Below are positions 1-9,775 of a stretch of 64,000 nt of DNA, piece by piece; within the stretch, counting starts at the first letter, position 1, and every line of letters begins with the position of its first letter. Made by a program: the position numbers and the translations under genes. Source of the stretch: a virus; the IMG/VR virus record IMGVR_UViG_3300045988_144418, positions 32,001 through 96,000 of that record. One strand, 5' to 3'. Below the pieces are notes generated by a model. That model searched no databases, had not been told where the DNA came from, and worked only from the letters and a program-made list of their open reading frames with translations.

Positions 1-360
1 ACAGGTGTGCAGCAGAGTATTTCGTTTGGCGAATCCAGTGTTGATAGACAGACAGTGCTTACTGTTGAGCGAGGAATGGTGGTTGACTATATCACTAATG
101 AGAAATATAACTATTTTAATATTGTGAATATAGATGGTCTTAAGGATGCACTTGAAAAAGCCTTGTCCTCTGGTGTAGCTAACACGGAGTTTAACACTAC
201 TCTTACTCGTGAGGGTGATGTGTTTAACTTTTTCTTAAGACGTAGACAGTTCGTGAAAAATGTATGGAACGCTTCCATATCAACTGGAGCGTTGTTTGAA
301 GGAGAGGGGAATCTGGCTGCATTTTCATCAGATAAGATTGTGAGTCGTAAGGAGATTTAG
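1..360 (+). CDS. structural-module protein, C-terminal fragment (5' end outside window)
   Basis: Frame open from window edge to TAG 358-360; next gene starts 1 nt later; heads a baseplate gene string. Confidence 0.5.
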   Translation, partial: TGVQQSISFGESSVDRQTVLTVERGMVVDYITNEKYNYFNIVNIDGLKDALEKALSSGVANTEFNTTLTREGDVFNFFLRRRQFVKNVWNASISTGALFEGEGNLAAFSSDKIVSRKEI

Positions 361-361
361 T

Positions 362-1510
362 ATGATGTTTGATCAGAAGATATATGTTGACCTTTCGGGT
401 TATAAGGAGGGTGTTACACCTGTTACGGCTGATTTGGGTGGTCAGAGTGTGGGGCTTGCTCGTGTGATTGTTCCATCGGGTGTTGATAGGGATCAGTATG
501 TTGCAGACTGTTATCGTACAGGTCGTATTGATCTTTATGATGAAAGTCAGGGGACATATTTGAAGCAGTGTTATGCCACCAATGAGGTTCTTGCCAATCT
601 AAGATTTCCAAGAGGTGTCGGTGATATTGGTGATCCTGTTGTGTGGGTGGCACAGCCTATCATATTTAATAGGCCTATGGTTGTCGGTACGTTTCCGAGC
701 GGTGATAGGATGCGTCTTGGCACTGATCAGACAATTGAGATTCACAAAGAATGGGATAAGGGGTATGTTGATGTTACGGCTGATGCCAAGGACGGTTCTT
801 TGAATGTGGTGGTTCACGGTCAGGAAAAGAGTGGTGGAACGGTGCGTGTGTCAGTGCTTGGTGATGAGAAGTCCATCCTTGAGGTGAAGTCTGACGGTCT
901 TGTGTCCGTTGAATCTGGAAAGGAGCTTCGAGTGCGCTCCTATGAGAAGATAGATATACAGTTGGAGAACCCTGATAATCTGGATCAGACAGGTGTTGTT
1001 GTCACAAAGGATAGTGTTGATATTGCGGCTAATTATTCCGTGGATGAGGAGAATGCTGAAAAGGTGAACTACACTAAGGCTCATATCACTAAGAATGGTG
1101 TGTCCTGTGAGGAGTACTTTTGTGAGAATGATGATGTAACGAAGTATAATGTTGACATCAACAAGGAGGGGTTTATCGCAAAATCGGCGATTAAGGATGA
1201 TAAAGTGCAGTTTACTCACACAATCACTGATGAAGAGTGCAAAATCGAATTTAAGGACATTATTTTCACCCTAAAGGAAAAGCTTGCGGTTCTTCAACAG
1301 GGTGAAGACACCAAGGTAGAGCTAAAGGAGGGTAAAGTGGCGATAATTAATTCCGGTACTGGAATGAATGATATTCTTTCCTTGCTTGTTGATACGATAG
1401 AAAAGTTGACGGTGGCGACCTCTATGGGTCCGAGTGGCACACCACTTCCTCCTACTATTCAAGCTACTACGCAGTTGAAGCAGAAATTGAATCAATTTTT
1501 TAACGAATAG
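362..1510 (+). CDS. putative baseplate hub / central spike protein
   Basis: 382-aa ORF tightly packed upstream of gp25-like and Baseplate-J-like genes; beta-rich; function assigned by position only. Confidence 0.35.
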   Translation: MMFDQKIYVDLSGYKEGVTPVTADLGGQSVGLARVIVPSGVDRDQYVADCYRTGRIDLYDESQGTYLKQCYATNEVLANLRFPRGVGDIGDPVVWVAQPIIFNRPMVVGTFPSGDRMRLGTDQTIEIHKEWDKGYVDVTADAKDGSLNVVVHGQEKSGGTVRVSVLGDEKSILEVKSDGLVSVESGKELRVRSYEKIDIQLENPDNLDQTGVVVTKDSVDIAANYSVDEENAEKVNYTKAHITKNGVSCEEYFCENDDVTKYNVDINKEGFIAKSAIKDDKVQFTHTITDEECKIEFKDIIFTLKEKLAVLQQGEDTKVELKEGKVAIINSGTGMNDILSLLVDTIEKLTVATSMGPSGTPLPPTIQATTQLKQKLNQFFNE

Positions 1511-1514
1511 AATT

Positions 1515-1736
1515 ATGGCACTTGTACCACAGAATCTGGCCACGCAGTTGTATGGGTTCTTTCAGGAGATGCGTAACGTCACTGAAGCTGACGATATGGC
1601 TATGGCTCAGAAGTTTGCTAATATCATAGACGGATACATTAAGACAGCACAGGTGGCTCCTGGAATTCCAGTGGCTACAGCCGGAACAGCAGCAGCTCAA
1701 ACGGGGGCGACCACTGCACCTGGAACTTTGATATAA
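1515..1736 (+). CDS. hypothetical small protein (baseplate module)
   Basis: 73-aa ORF, 4 nt after upstream stop, co-directional; Ala/Thr/Gly-rich C-terminus. Confidence 0.55.
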   Translation: MALVPQNLATQLYGFFQEMRNVTEADDMAMAQKFANIIDGYIKTAQVAPGIPVATAGTAAAQTGATTAPGTLI

Positions 1737-1769
1737 TTTTGTATCTTTGCGTAAAAGAATGGGTGAATT

Positions 1770-2612
1770 ATGTCAGATGTGACGGAATACTTGCAGAATC
1801 GTGGAAACACCGTGATAAATGAGGCGATGCGGCTTGCCAAGAACATTGGTCTTCAGGCTATTGCGACAATGATGCCACACGAGTTTGAGTGGTATATGGT
1901 TGCCTTGGAGCTGGCCACGGCTGACAATAAGACGATAGACTATCTTACTTTTCCTATAATGCCTAATTCATTGTCCAAGGTGGAGCAAAATCGTACGTCC
2001 ATTAAGAAGTCCTTGAGTGGTGTGACTGTCTTGCAAAATTCAGCACTTCCACTCGGAGAGATTGTTCTCCAAGGTAATTTTGGGCGTGGGTTTAAGAATC
2101 TTGTAGGTATCAGTAATGATGTCTTTGGTGGTGCTCAGGCTTATAGTATGAAAGCAGGGAAGTACGATCTTTATTCCCTTCAGGAAGGAAGTGGTAGAAA
2201 GATTCCAAAGGTTAGGACATTTAATGCGGCTGTAAAGACAGGTTATGGTGTCGTAAAGATGCTTCAGGCTATGTTGAGCAAGAGCGTTGGGCACGATAAT
2301 CAGGGGAGACCGTTTCGCCTATTTTTCTATAATATGGCATTTGGAGAGTGTTATCAGGTTGTGGTTCCTTCCAACGGAATGCGATTCTATCAGGATCTTT
2401 CTAACAATATGATATGGAACTACGACTTGCGATTGACTGTTGTGGCTCCGCTTGATGCAGTTGTTAAGGATTCCAGGAAGTGGAAGCAGCTTGCGGCTTC
2501 AGCCATTAAGGGGAGTGTGGATATTGTCAGCACTGAAGTTAGGGACGTTGTTGGTGATCTCGGTGAAAAGGCAAGTATGAAAATTGATGACTGGACTAAT
2601 ATAGGGAACTGA
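1770..2612 (+). CDS. hypothetical baseplate-module protein
   Basis: 280-aa ORF; possible -7 box TATCTTTG at 1742-1749 upstream; stop overlaps next start (TGATG). Confidence 0.6.
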   Translation: MSDVTEYLQNRGNTVINEAMRLAKNIGLQAIATMMPHEFEWYMVALELATADNKTIDYLTFPIMPNSLSKVEQNRTSIKKSLSGVTVLQNSALPLGEIVLQGNFGRGFKNLVGISNDVFGGAQAYSMKAGKYDLYSLQEGSGRKIPKVRTFNAAVKTGYGVVKMLQAMLSKSVGHDNQGRPFRLFFYNMAFGECYQVVVPSNGMRFYQDLSNNMIWNYDLRLTVVAPLDAVVKDSRKWKQLAASAIKGSVDIVSTEVRDVVGDLGEKASMKIDDWTNIGN

Positions 2613-3526
2613 TGAACACGAGGGTTTTTGAAAGATTTCAGACTATTACAGGATATGATATTAAGTCATATCTTGAGAACTTTGTATTGTTCTGTCGGAA
2701 TTCCTTTCCTACGATTGTTCAGTATTATAACGGTAAGACTGTTGATACTAAAAAAGTGTTTAGTGAACTGGACTATCTTATACTCCAGTCTGAGACAATT
2801 GAATCTCTTTTTAGCTTGAAGGCTAATCAGATGGACACTATAGACTACTGGGAATTGCTGGATGTGTTTACAAATAGTCAGACAAAACTCTGGACTATAA
2901 ACAATTCTTCCAAGTGGTTTAGAAGTGCAATTATAGGGCGGTATGGGGGCAATACTGTGGTTCAGCGTACATTGAAGTCCAGGGAGACGTTTGAAAATGT
3001 TACGGAGTCACTTGGTATTTCTGAATCAGATGATTCGTGGGTTGATATAGCGAGACCGAACCAGATTGAGGAGGAAGACTACACACCTGATGACGGCTCC
3101 CCTATGTTTAAGATTAATATTAAGACAGGCGGTGTGTCACCGATTGATAACATTGTTGATTCATTGAGTGATAAGAGCATACTTGGCAAGGATGTTGACA
3201 AGAAGTTTGCGTTTGGCGGAAATGACTTGGTGACGGTTGAATATGATAATGCAGTTCGACAGGCACTTGATACAATTCTTAACAGCATACAGGGTTCAAT
3301 TCCGGAGTTTCCGGAATACGGCTTTGCTGACAGGGCGATAGGTGTGTCAATGAAAGCCCTTTCCTATCCTACCATTATAAAGAATATGATGGATATGTTT
3401 AGCAGAGATGGTCGGTGGGATGAGGTGAATATTCTTGATCTTTATGTTAAGGATGATAATGTGTTCTGCAAGATTAGCGCACGAACTGTTGTAAATAATT
3501 ATATTGTAACTAATGTTCAGATATGA
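2612..3526 (+). CDS. baseplate wedge protein with gp25/GPW-like C-terminal domain
   Basis: Coupled to neighbours by overlapping stop/start; C-terminal segment GSIPEFPEYGF...WDEVNILDL resembles gp25/GPW family signature (by eye). Confidence 0.5.
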   Translation: MNTRVFERFQTITGYDIKSYLENFVLFCRNSFPTIVQYYNGKTVDTKKVFSELDYLILQSETIESLFSLKANQMDTIDYWELLDVFTNSQTKLWTINNSSKWFRSAIIGRYGGNTVVQRTLKSRETFENVTESLGISESDDSWVDIARPNQIEEEDYTPDDGSPMFKINIKTGGVSPIDNIVDSLSDKSILGKDVDKKFAFGGNDLVTVEYDNAVRQALDTILNSIQGSIPEFPEYGFADRAIGVSMKALSYPTIIKNMMDMFSRDGRWDEVNILDLYVKDDNVFCKISARTVVNNYIVTNVQI

Positions 3527-4725
3527 TAACGAAGACAGATAATACAATTAATAATCTGAAGAACCTGTTTTTGGAGGTGCTTTTGAACAAGACGGATAAG
3601 GTGTCTGACATTACGGATAATTCCGTCTTGAATGGTGTTGCCTATGGTGCAGCTAAGATTGCTCAAAAGGCGATTAAGGATGTAGCTATTGTGGAGACGC
3701 AGATATTTCCAGAGACAGCATCAGGTGAGTGGCTGGATCGTTCGGCCTTGTTGTTCGGTGTTACTCCGAGGAAATCCACACACGGTTCTTCCACCTATGT
3801 CTGTGTGTTTGCCAATCCTGGAACAGTGTATGACAAGGATGTTCAGATATTTACGAATACTAATGGGGTTCGTTTTCAACCTGAGGAGACAGTTGTTGTC
3901 GGTGATTACGGTTATGCCTACATAAAGGTTCGAAGTGTTGGTGAGGGTGCTTATACCAATGTGGCGGCAAACAGTATTCTTCGTGTTGCGCCTGTTCCTA
4001 CGGGACATATAGCCTGTACGAATGAATATTATGCGCAGGGCGGTCGTGATGAGGAGGACGATGACACTTTTAGGCGTAGGATTCTTAATCATCAGAATCT
4101 GTTTGCGACGGCTACTTTGGAAAAAATTACGCAGGTGTTTCAGAACTTTGATGATAGGATTCTTAAGATTCTGTGGGTTGGGGTTATGGAGGACGGTTTT
4201 CTTCATATTGAGGTTGCCACTCAGAACGGTCAGGATTTGTCGGAGAATGAACGATATACTTTGTTGGAACAGGCACGTCCATATTTTGGCTTGAGCGACT
4301 TGATTGTCAGCGGTCGGCTGATGGGCATTAAACTTGACAATGTTCAATGGTATGAGGTTGGAGGGAAAGCAGGGCTTGATTTCAGGTGTGAGCTGGAGGC
4401 AGGTTATGAGGTTGCTGACGTGCGCAGAAGAATTCAAATTGGTATCACTAAATATCTTGACTGGAGATACTGGACGGCAGGGTCAAAGGTGGAGTGGGAT
4501 AATATACTGGAGATAGTTAAGGCCACAGAGGGTGTGAAGTATGTGGCTTCAGAGTGGTTCTATCCAAACGAGGACGAGTATGTGTCCGAGTTTATGCTTC
4601 CTCGTGTGAAGAGGTTTATAATGAGGAATTTGGACGGTACTGTGATGGTGGATTCATCTACTTCCATTGCGATTGAACAACGATATAACGAGCTGTTCCC
4701 GTCGTATTATGCAGCGAATAACTAA
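3523..4725 (+). CDS. Baseplate J-like (gpJ/gp6 family) wedge protein
   Basis: 400 aa; N-terminal region NGVAYGAAKIAQKA...ETASGEWLDRSALLFGVTPRKSTHGSS typical of Baseplate_J family; directly follows gp25-like gene as in contractile-tail baseplates. Confidence 0.65.
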   Translation: MITKTDNTINNLKNLFLEVLLNKTDKVSDITDNSVLNGVAYGAAKIAQKAIKDVAIVETQIFPETASGEWLDRSALLFGVTPRKSTHGSSTYVCVFANPGTVYDKDVQIFTNTNGVRFQPEETVVVGDYGYAYIKVRSVGEGAYTNVAANSILRVAPVPTGHIACTNEYYAQGGRDEEDDDTFRRRILNHQNLFATATLEKITQVFQNFDDRILKILWVGVMEDGFLHIEVATQNGQDLSENERYTLLEQARPYFGLSDLIVSGRLMGIKLDNVQWYEVGGKAGLDFRCELEAGYEVADVRRRIQIGITKYLDWRYWTAGSKVEWDNILEIVKATEGVKYVASEWFYPNEDEYVSEFMLPRVKRFIMRNLDGTVMVDSSTSIAIEQRYNELFPSYYAANN

Positions 4726-4735
4726 TTTTGTGTAT

Positions 4736-4751
4736 AAAATATTTTGTTATG
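4736..4751 (+). promoter_or_regulatory. start-codon-abutting motif AAAWGATTTYGTTATG (variant AAAATATTTTGTTATG)
   Basis: Recurrent motif ending in the ATG. Confidence 0.35.
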
Positions 4752-5048
4752 GGACAGAATTATAATTTAGGCAATTATGCCCAGACAACAGGCACTAAAT
4801 TGAAGTCTGAGGACGGTTTGCGTGATCTTACTGTGCAGATAGGTGAACTCTGGGATATTTCTGGTGACTTTATGTCGACAGAGCCGTTTGCCATCAAGAA
4901 TATATCTGAGGACAATGTTACCTTGAGTGTGCGCCTTTATGGTATGATGGAGTTCATCGAGACAGTGTTTTATCCAGGATGGAACATTGAACTTGTGTGT
5001 GAGGTTAAGGCAGTTCCAGCTGGGATTATACAGGGAGGTCGTTTGTAA
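4749..5048 (+). CDS. hypothetical protein (baseplate/tail module)
   Basis: ATG at 4749 preceded by AAAATATTTTGTTATG motif; the longer track ORF (4728) begins at a non-ATG codon. Confidence 0.55.
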   Translation: MGQNYNLGNYAQTTGTKLKSEDGLRDLTVQIGELWDISGDFMSTEPFAIKNISEDNVTLSVRLYGMMEFIETVFYPGWNIELVCEVKAVPAGIIQGGRL

Positions 5049-5260
5049 TGAATATCATCGGAAACATACACATTATCGGTAAGAAAGCCCTGAAGATTAT
5101 TCTTCGGTTTTTCTTCAGGAAGAGTGTTGTGTGGATTGATGATAATACACTGGAAGGAGATCAGGAGGTGATTTCCAACACTGATTGGAAACTTTATAAA
5201 GAAGGAGAACTTACTAATGATGAAGACACTGGAGTTGATTCTTTTGAGAACGAAGTTTAA
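5048..5260 (+). CDS. hypothetical small protein
   Basis: 70-aa ORF, TAATG overlap with upstream gene; overlaps next gene by 44 nt so real extent uncertain. Confidence 0.35.
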   Translation: MNIIGNIHIIGKKALKIILRFFFRKSVVWIDDNTLEGDQEVISNTDWKLYKEGELTNDEDTGVDSFENEV

Positions 5261-5687
5261 TGACAAGAGAACTATTGGGGAACTATTTGTCGATGGCGTA
5301 AAACTGGCGGACACGCTTGAGGACACGTTGCGTGAACTTCCTGAGAAGTGTCCATACACCCCTAAATTTAAGCCTTGTGCCTGTCCTGAAAAGGTTTATG
5401 GTCAGACCTGTATTCCAGCGGGACGATATAGGGTGAGATATCTTTATTCCAATCGGTTTAAGCGGAAGTATCCATGTGTTCAGGATGTTCCTCATTTTTT
5501 GGGTATTCTCATTCACGCAGGTTCTAATGAGGAACATTCAAAGGGGTGCATTCTTGTAGGCACTTTGGCTCAGGATGGACAGCATCTTGTGAACACATTT
5601 AAGGCTCGTGATAAGGTTTGTAACATTGTGGAAGACGCTGAGAAGAGTGGCGTGCAAGTGTGGATAACTATTAAAAATGAAAAGTGA
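5217..5687 (+). CDS. DUF5675-like protein with YkuD-type catalytic motif; candidate cell-wall enzyme (endolysin?)
   Basis: 156 aa; motif IHAGSNEEHSKGCILVG resembles the H..S.GC catalytic signature of L,D-transpeptidase (YkuD) fold; followed by a membrane-anchored protein. Confidence 0.45.
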   Translation: MMKTLELILLRTKFNDKRTIGELFVDGVKLADTLEDTLRELPEKCPYTPKFKPCACPEKVYGQTCIPAGRYRVRYLYSNRFKRKYPCVQDVPHFLGILIHAGSNEEHSKGCILVGTLAQDGQHLVNTFKARDKVCNIVEDAEKSGVQVWITIKNEK

Positions 5688-5689
5688 TT

Positions 5690-6328
5690 ATGTGGAAAGT
5701 TGTCTGGAGATTTGTCTGTAGAAATTGGAAGTGGGTCATGATGGGGTTGCTTGTTGTGGCTTTGCTTGCTTCTATGACTTATTCCAGAAACATGCGGTTG
5801 CGGTGGCTTCGTGAAAAGGGTAATACGGAGGCACTTACCATGAAATATCGGTTGTCCGAGACAAAGCGGGGTGAAGCAGTGACCACCATTCAGGAGTTGC
5901 AATATACGGTTGATGAGTTTAAGAAGCGTCAAGCAGATGATGCTGCAACCATAAAAGAACTAAAGATTCGTGCAAGTGAGGTGCGTGAGGTGGTGAAGAC
6001 GGTCGTTGAGACGAAGATTATGTATAAAGATACAGTGATTTTGATGCGACCTGATTCTATTCTACACTGGAATCGTGATACAAAGTGGTGGTCAGTGCAA
6101 CAGACGATAGATTTGGCAAAAAATCCGCCTATTACGGAATTTAATCTACATACTCGGGATAGTTTGACACATTACCTGTATTGTGTCCCTAAATGTCGGT
6201 TTTTAGGTTTGCATTTTGGTGCTAAAAGGTATGAGATAAAGGTTGTGAATCACAACCCTAATTCTACGATAAGCTATGCGAGGTGGATTTCTGTGTCAAA
6301 GGATAAACAAAAAAGGTATAGAGAATAG
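5690..6328 (+). CDS. membrane-anchored protein; lysis-accessory (holin/spanin-like) candidate
   Basis: N-terminal hydrophobic helix WVMMGLLVVALLASM then coiled-coil-like charged region; overlaps stop of the putative wall enzyme gene. Confidence 0.35.
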   Translation: MWKVVWRFVCRNWKWVMMGLLVVALLASMTYSRNMRLRWLREKGNTEALTMKYRLSETKRGEAVTTIQELQYTVDEFKKRQADDAATIKELKIRASEVREVVKTVVETKIMYKDTVILMRPDSILHWNRDTKWWSVQQTIDLAKNPPITEFNLHTRDSLTHYLYCVPKCRFLGLHFGAKRYEIKVVNHNPNSTISYARWISVSKDKQKRYRE

Positions 6329-8866
6329 ATGGCTTCATTTGTATTGGCGGAGTTTCCGCAGGTCGGGACAGGATTCACGGTAAAGACACAGTCAATTCCA
6401 TTGGCTGGACTTGTCTGTGTTATGCGTATGGCGAGAGCTAACTCCGGAAGCCTATTTAGATATTCGCTTGATGGTGGGCTGACATACACTGAATGGTTCA
6501 CTGTCAATGATGAATCTCTAAAGGCGTGTCTTGATATGAAGGATACGTTTGAGGTGGTGCTTGACTATGTAACCAAGGTTAAGGGTTCAGATCCTTCAGG
6601 AAGGATAGTTTTTAATAAGGACATTTTGAATATGCCGTCCAGCGGTGCTCCAGTACAGAATGGCATATCTTCCAGTGATGAGTGGGAGATAACCATTGGT
6701 GCTGAAAGTGAATCTACCGAGCCTATTGAAGATGGAATGCAGCCTGTTGATTCAGTGGTGTATGACAGAACAGGCTTTAAAAGTTTCTTTGATGTAAATG
6801 ATCTGGATGTTGTTGGGTGGGCTTGGAACGTTCTCGAAAAGATGTATATACATGGAGTTGTTCCCATCTATATTTCCAGAATTAATGCTGATGACTTTAA
6901 TTCCTTCTTTTTGGCCATTACCCATTTATTTGCGATAATAGTGGTCTATGGACGAAAGTATCGCAGAATAGAGGACAGTGAGGTTTTGATGAAGACGTTT
7001 CTGGAGCAGTGGGGTATTGTATATGAGACAATATTCACTCAAGAGGAACGAACCAATATTTTCAATGATTGGATAGGGGTCTTCAGCGAGAGGGGCACTT
7101 CGCAGATTGCTGACGAGGGTGTGCCCAATAGAGAGCTTCGCAGATTGCTTGGATATGGTAGGCCAAGTGAGTTTCTATTTGCCGTTCTGGAACCTTGTAA
7201 TGTTGGGTGGTGTGTCGGTTATTCCTCTCCTATGTGGTACGGCACGGAATCAGTGAATGCCGTTTCAAAAGGGTGGGACTATGGTTTGGATTGGCTTCGT
7301 GGTAGTGAGATGAGAGGTGTTGGTTCTATGCAGCACTATCCTGTTGTTGGCAGTATTTCCAGAATCAACACGACTGATGGGTATGTTTTTCAGACAGGTT
7401 CCGGACGATGCGGTCTATATTCCACTAACAAGTCCAAGGCTATTGAGGTTTATTCCGGAATGGACTATGAAGTGACTGTTTGGGTTAAGGCTTTATCAAG
7501 TGGTGCGCAGAATATTGACTTTGGTGTCAACTGTTTTGATGCCAATGGTGGAGTTTTGAAACAGGTCGGCCTTACCGATCTCCGAATCTCGGATAGCTTT
7601 TTTGATAGGGATGCTGATCATAGCCCTTGCCTTGTTCCTAACGTGTGGTATAGGTTACGGGGTGTTATTTATAACGTGCTTGCTGACAGGGATTTAAATT
7701 TAGCATTGAATTTTAAGGGTGGGAGACCTTTGAAGTTTGCCAACGGTACGGCATATCTGGCTCCATACATTATTCAAGATGGTCAGTCCAGTGTCACGAT
7801 GCAGATTGGCGGTGTGACGGTGAAGCCGTTGTATCTTTTTCCAAGACACCAGACATACAATGTATCTATTGGTGATTCAGTTCCTATGCTGATGGATGGA
7901 TATCCAGTGCAGGAACATTCGTGGAAGAACGGTGCTGGAAATGATATGGTTACGACCATATCTCCAGTGGGGCAGGGTTTTTTGGGGTCAAAGGATGTTG
8001 TAGCCATTTATTCGCAGATTAATTCCGCCAGAACCAAGAAGGATGTAGAGTTATTTATTAGGAATTATCTTCTCTCCTATAAGGAGGTCTTCTGGGGTGC
8101 ATGGCTTGATTATATTCGTCGTTCATCCTATTATCTTACATTTGCCGTGACAAAGGCAATTAATGGGGTTCCTCTTGAGGGTGTTGTTGTTACATTAAGT
8201 AATGGTTTGTCGGGAACAACGGATGAGGAGGGTTATATTCGATTTGAGGTTGAGACAGGCGTCACAGTGAACTGGGATGCTGTGATGAAGGGTGTTCGTG
8301 AGGTTGGCACAGTACAGATGACTGATGATAGGCTGGTGGAGGTGGCCTTGAATTTGCCTGTGAATGTGAATGTTTCCATTTATCAGGACGGTTGGGGTAC
8401 GGTTAAGGTTGGAGGTTCTCTTATTCCTGGATCCATTATGACGTTGACAGCTGTTGGTAAGAAAGGGTTCACGTTTAAGTCCTGGGAGGTGAACTATGAA
8501 GGGTTTACGGTTAATCCATTGAATTATCCTATTACAGGTTATGTGGATCCTATTGATGTGCTTGCCATTTTTGAGCGAAGTGGTGAGTTTGTGTTTGTTC
8601 CTCATAGGGTTGAGATTCCTTATGATGGGGGAACTGCTATTGTTCAGGCCTTATCATCCAAGAAGTGGGCTTTGGATGCTATTGATGCAGATTGGGTGTC
8701 TGTAAGTCCGAAGTCAGGAGGGGCAGGGGCGACTGAGATAAGAATTAATGTAAGTGACACTACCTATGACAAGTTCACTGTAAAGTCTGAGGGTTCTGAT
8801 GGCTATGAAGCCTTTACCTGTGAGACCGGAGGAAGTATTGCTGATGAATTGTTTGTAAAAAAATAA
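6329..8866 (+). CDS. tail fibre / receptor-binding protein, multi-domain, C-terminal BACON-like domain
   Basis: 845 aa in the tail module; CarboxypepD_reg-like segment (LTFAVTKAINGVPLEGVVVTLSNGLSGTTDEEGYIRF), InlB-B-repeat-like segment (VNVSIYQDGWGTVKVGG...GFTFKSWEV), C-terminal BACON-like segment (ADWVSVSPKSGGAGATEIRINV). Confidence 0.6.
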   Translation: MASFVLAEFPQVGTGFTVKTQSIPLAGLVCVMRMARANSGSLFRYSLDGGLTYTEWFTVNDESLKACLDMKDTFEVVLDYVTKVKGSDPSGRIVFNKDILNMPSSGAPVQNGISSSDEWEITIGAESESTEPIEDGMQPVDSVVYDRTGFKSFFDVNDLDVVGWAWNVLEKMYIHGVVPIYISRINADDFNSFFLAITHLFAIIVVYGRKYRRIEDSEVLMKTFLEQWGIVYETIFTQEERTNIFNDWIGVFSERGTSQIADEGVPNRELRRLLGYGRPSEFLFAVLEPCNVGWCVGYSSPMWYGTESVNAVSKGWDYGLDWLRGSEMRGVGSMQHYPVVGSISRINTTDGYVFQTGSGRCGLYSTNKSKAIEVYSGMDYEVTVWVKALSSGAQNIDFGVNCFDANGGVLKQVGLTDLRISDSFFDRDADHSPCLVPNVWYRLRGVIYNVLADRDLNLALNFKGGRPLKFANGTAYLAPYIIQDGQSSVTMQIGGVTVKPLYLFPRHQTYNVSIGDSVPMLMDGYPVQEHSWKNGAGNDMVTTISPVGQGFLGSKDVVAIYSQINSARTKKDVELFIRNYLLSYKEVFWGAWLDYIRRSSYYLTFAVTKAINGVPLEGVVVTLSNGLSGTTDEEGYIRFEVETGVTVNWDAVMKGVREVGTVQMTDDRLVEVALNLPVNVNVSIYQDGWGTVKVGGSLIPGSIMTLTAVGKKGFTFKSWEVNYEGFTVNPLNYPITGYVDPIDVLAIFERSGEFVFVPHRVEIPYDGGTAIVQALSSKKWALDAIDADWVSVSPKSGGAGATEIRINVSDTTYDKFTVKSEGSDGYEAFTCETGGSIADELFVKK

Positions 8867-8878
8867 ATAGATTGCGAT

Positions 8879-9763
8879 ATGAGCAGAATTAATATTCACA
8901 GAGGAACATTCTTGGAGAAAGAGGAGCTTGTGCGAATGTTGTCATTCCTGGAGGACAGAGATGATATATCAGCGGTTCTTTCCTCCTCTTTGACATACGG
9001 CATTGTTTCTCCAGGAGCAAAGGCAGGAACGGCATTTTCTATCTCTATTTCGGCGAAGGGTAATGCGGTCGACGTTGTAGGAGGATACATTATTACATCA
9101 GCTAATAAGGCCTTTAGATTACCTGATACGACAGAGTTTGCTATTCCAGAGGACAATCAGTTCTATTGGCTGAAGATTAGTCCAAGGGAACGGAACTATG
9201 AGGATGGAACTGTTCAAGTGGATGTGTCTGGAAATGTTTCCGGAAGTGTATCCTTTAATGGTGTTGTTCGTAGTCAGTCATCGGGTGTTCCTACGTGTAT
9301 TAAGTTTGTGAAGGATAATGGTTTCACACCGAAGAACAGTCAGGTTTATCAGGTTGTGGATATTGTGGATGATAATAATATCATTCTATCTGGCGGTCAG
9401 GCGTTTGTGAAGGAATCTGATCTCAAGGTTGTGGTGCTTGGTTCCATTCCGATGGGTAGGAGGTTTACTGATGAACAGTTGGAGGGTCTTTATACCTTTA
9501 CTGATGTAGAGATTAGTCTTGTTGAGGAAGTGGTTACTGGGGAAGCTCCACAGAAAGACAATGATGAATACTATATTGCCAGAATAAAGAACAACGGTGG
9601 AAATATTGTGTGGAGTGATGAACGTTCTGAATTTTGGAGTCTTGGAGGTGGTGGGGGTGTTCCAGTACCACAAGGATATGAAAGTTTTCAGGTTCTTACC
9701 GAAACTGGCTTGTATGAGAACTTTGAGGTTATTGACGGGATTTTGCAGGTGGTTGAACAGTAA
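8879..9763 (+). CDS. hypothetical structural protein (tail-fibre module)
   Basis: 294-aa ORF immediately after the fibre gene. Confidence 0.5.
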   Translation: MSRINIHRGTFLEKEELVRMLSFLEDRDDISAVLSSSLTYGIVSPGAKAGTAFSISISAKGNAVDVVGGYIITSANKAFRLPDTTEFAIPEDNQFYWLKISPRERNYEDGTVQVDVSGNVSGSVSFNGVVRSQSSGVPTCIKFVKDNGFTPKNSQVYQVVDIVDDNNIILSGGQAFVKESDLKVVVLGSIPMGRRFTDEQLEGLYTFTDVEISLVEEVVTGEAPQKDNDEYYIARIKNNGGNIVWSDERSEFWSLGGGGGVPVPQGYESFQVLTETGLYENFEVIDGILQVVEQ

Positions 9764-9775
9764 AGGAAGTGAATT

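Noticed and set aside
3721-4437. 238-aa minus-strand ORF inside the Baseplate-J-like gene. The same pattern applies to 11598..12341, 37849..38628, 39511..40260, 47495..48106, 52312..52914, 53313..53978 and the other minus-strand track ORFs.
   Set aside because: All lie fully inside well-supported + strand genes. They have odd composition (Leu/Ser/Arg/His-rich), no recognisable motifs and no promoters. They are shadow ORFs.
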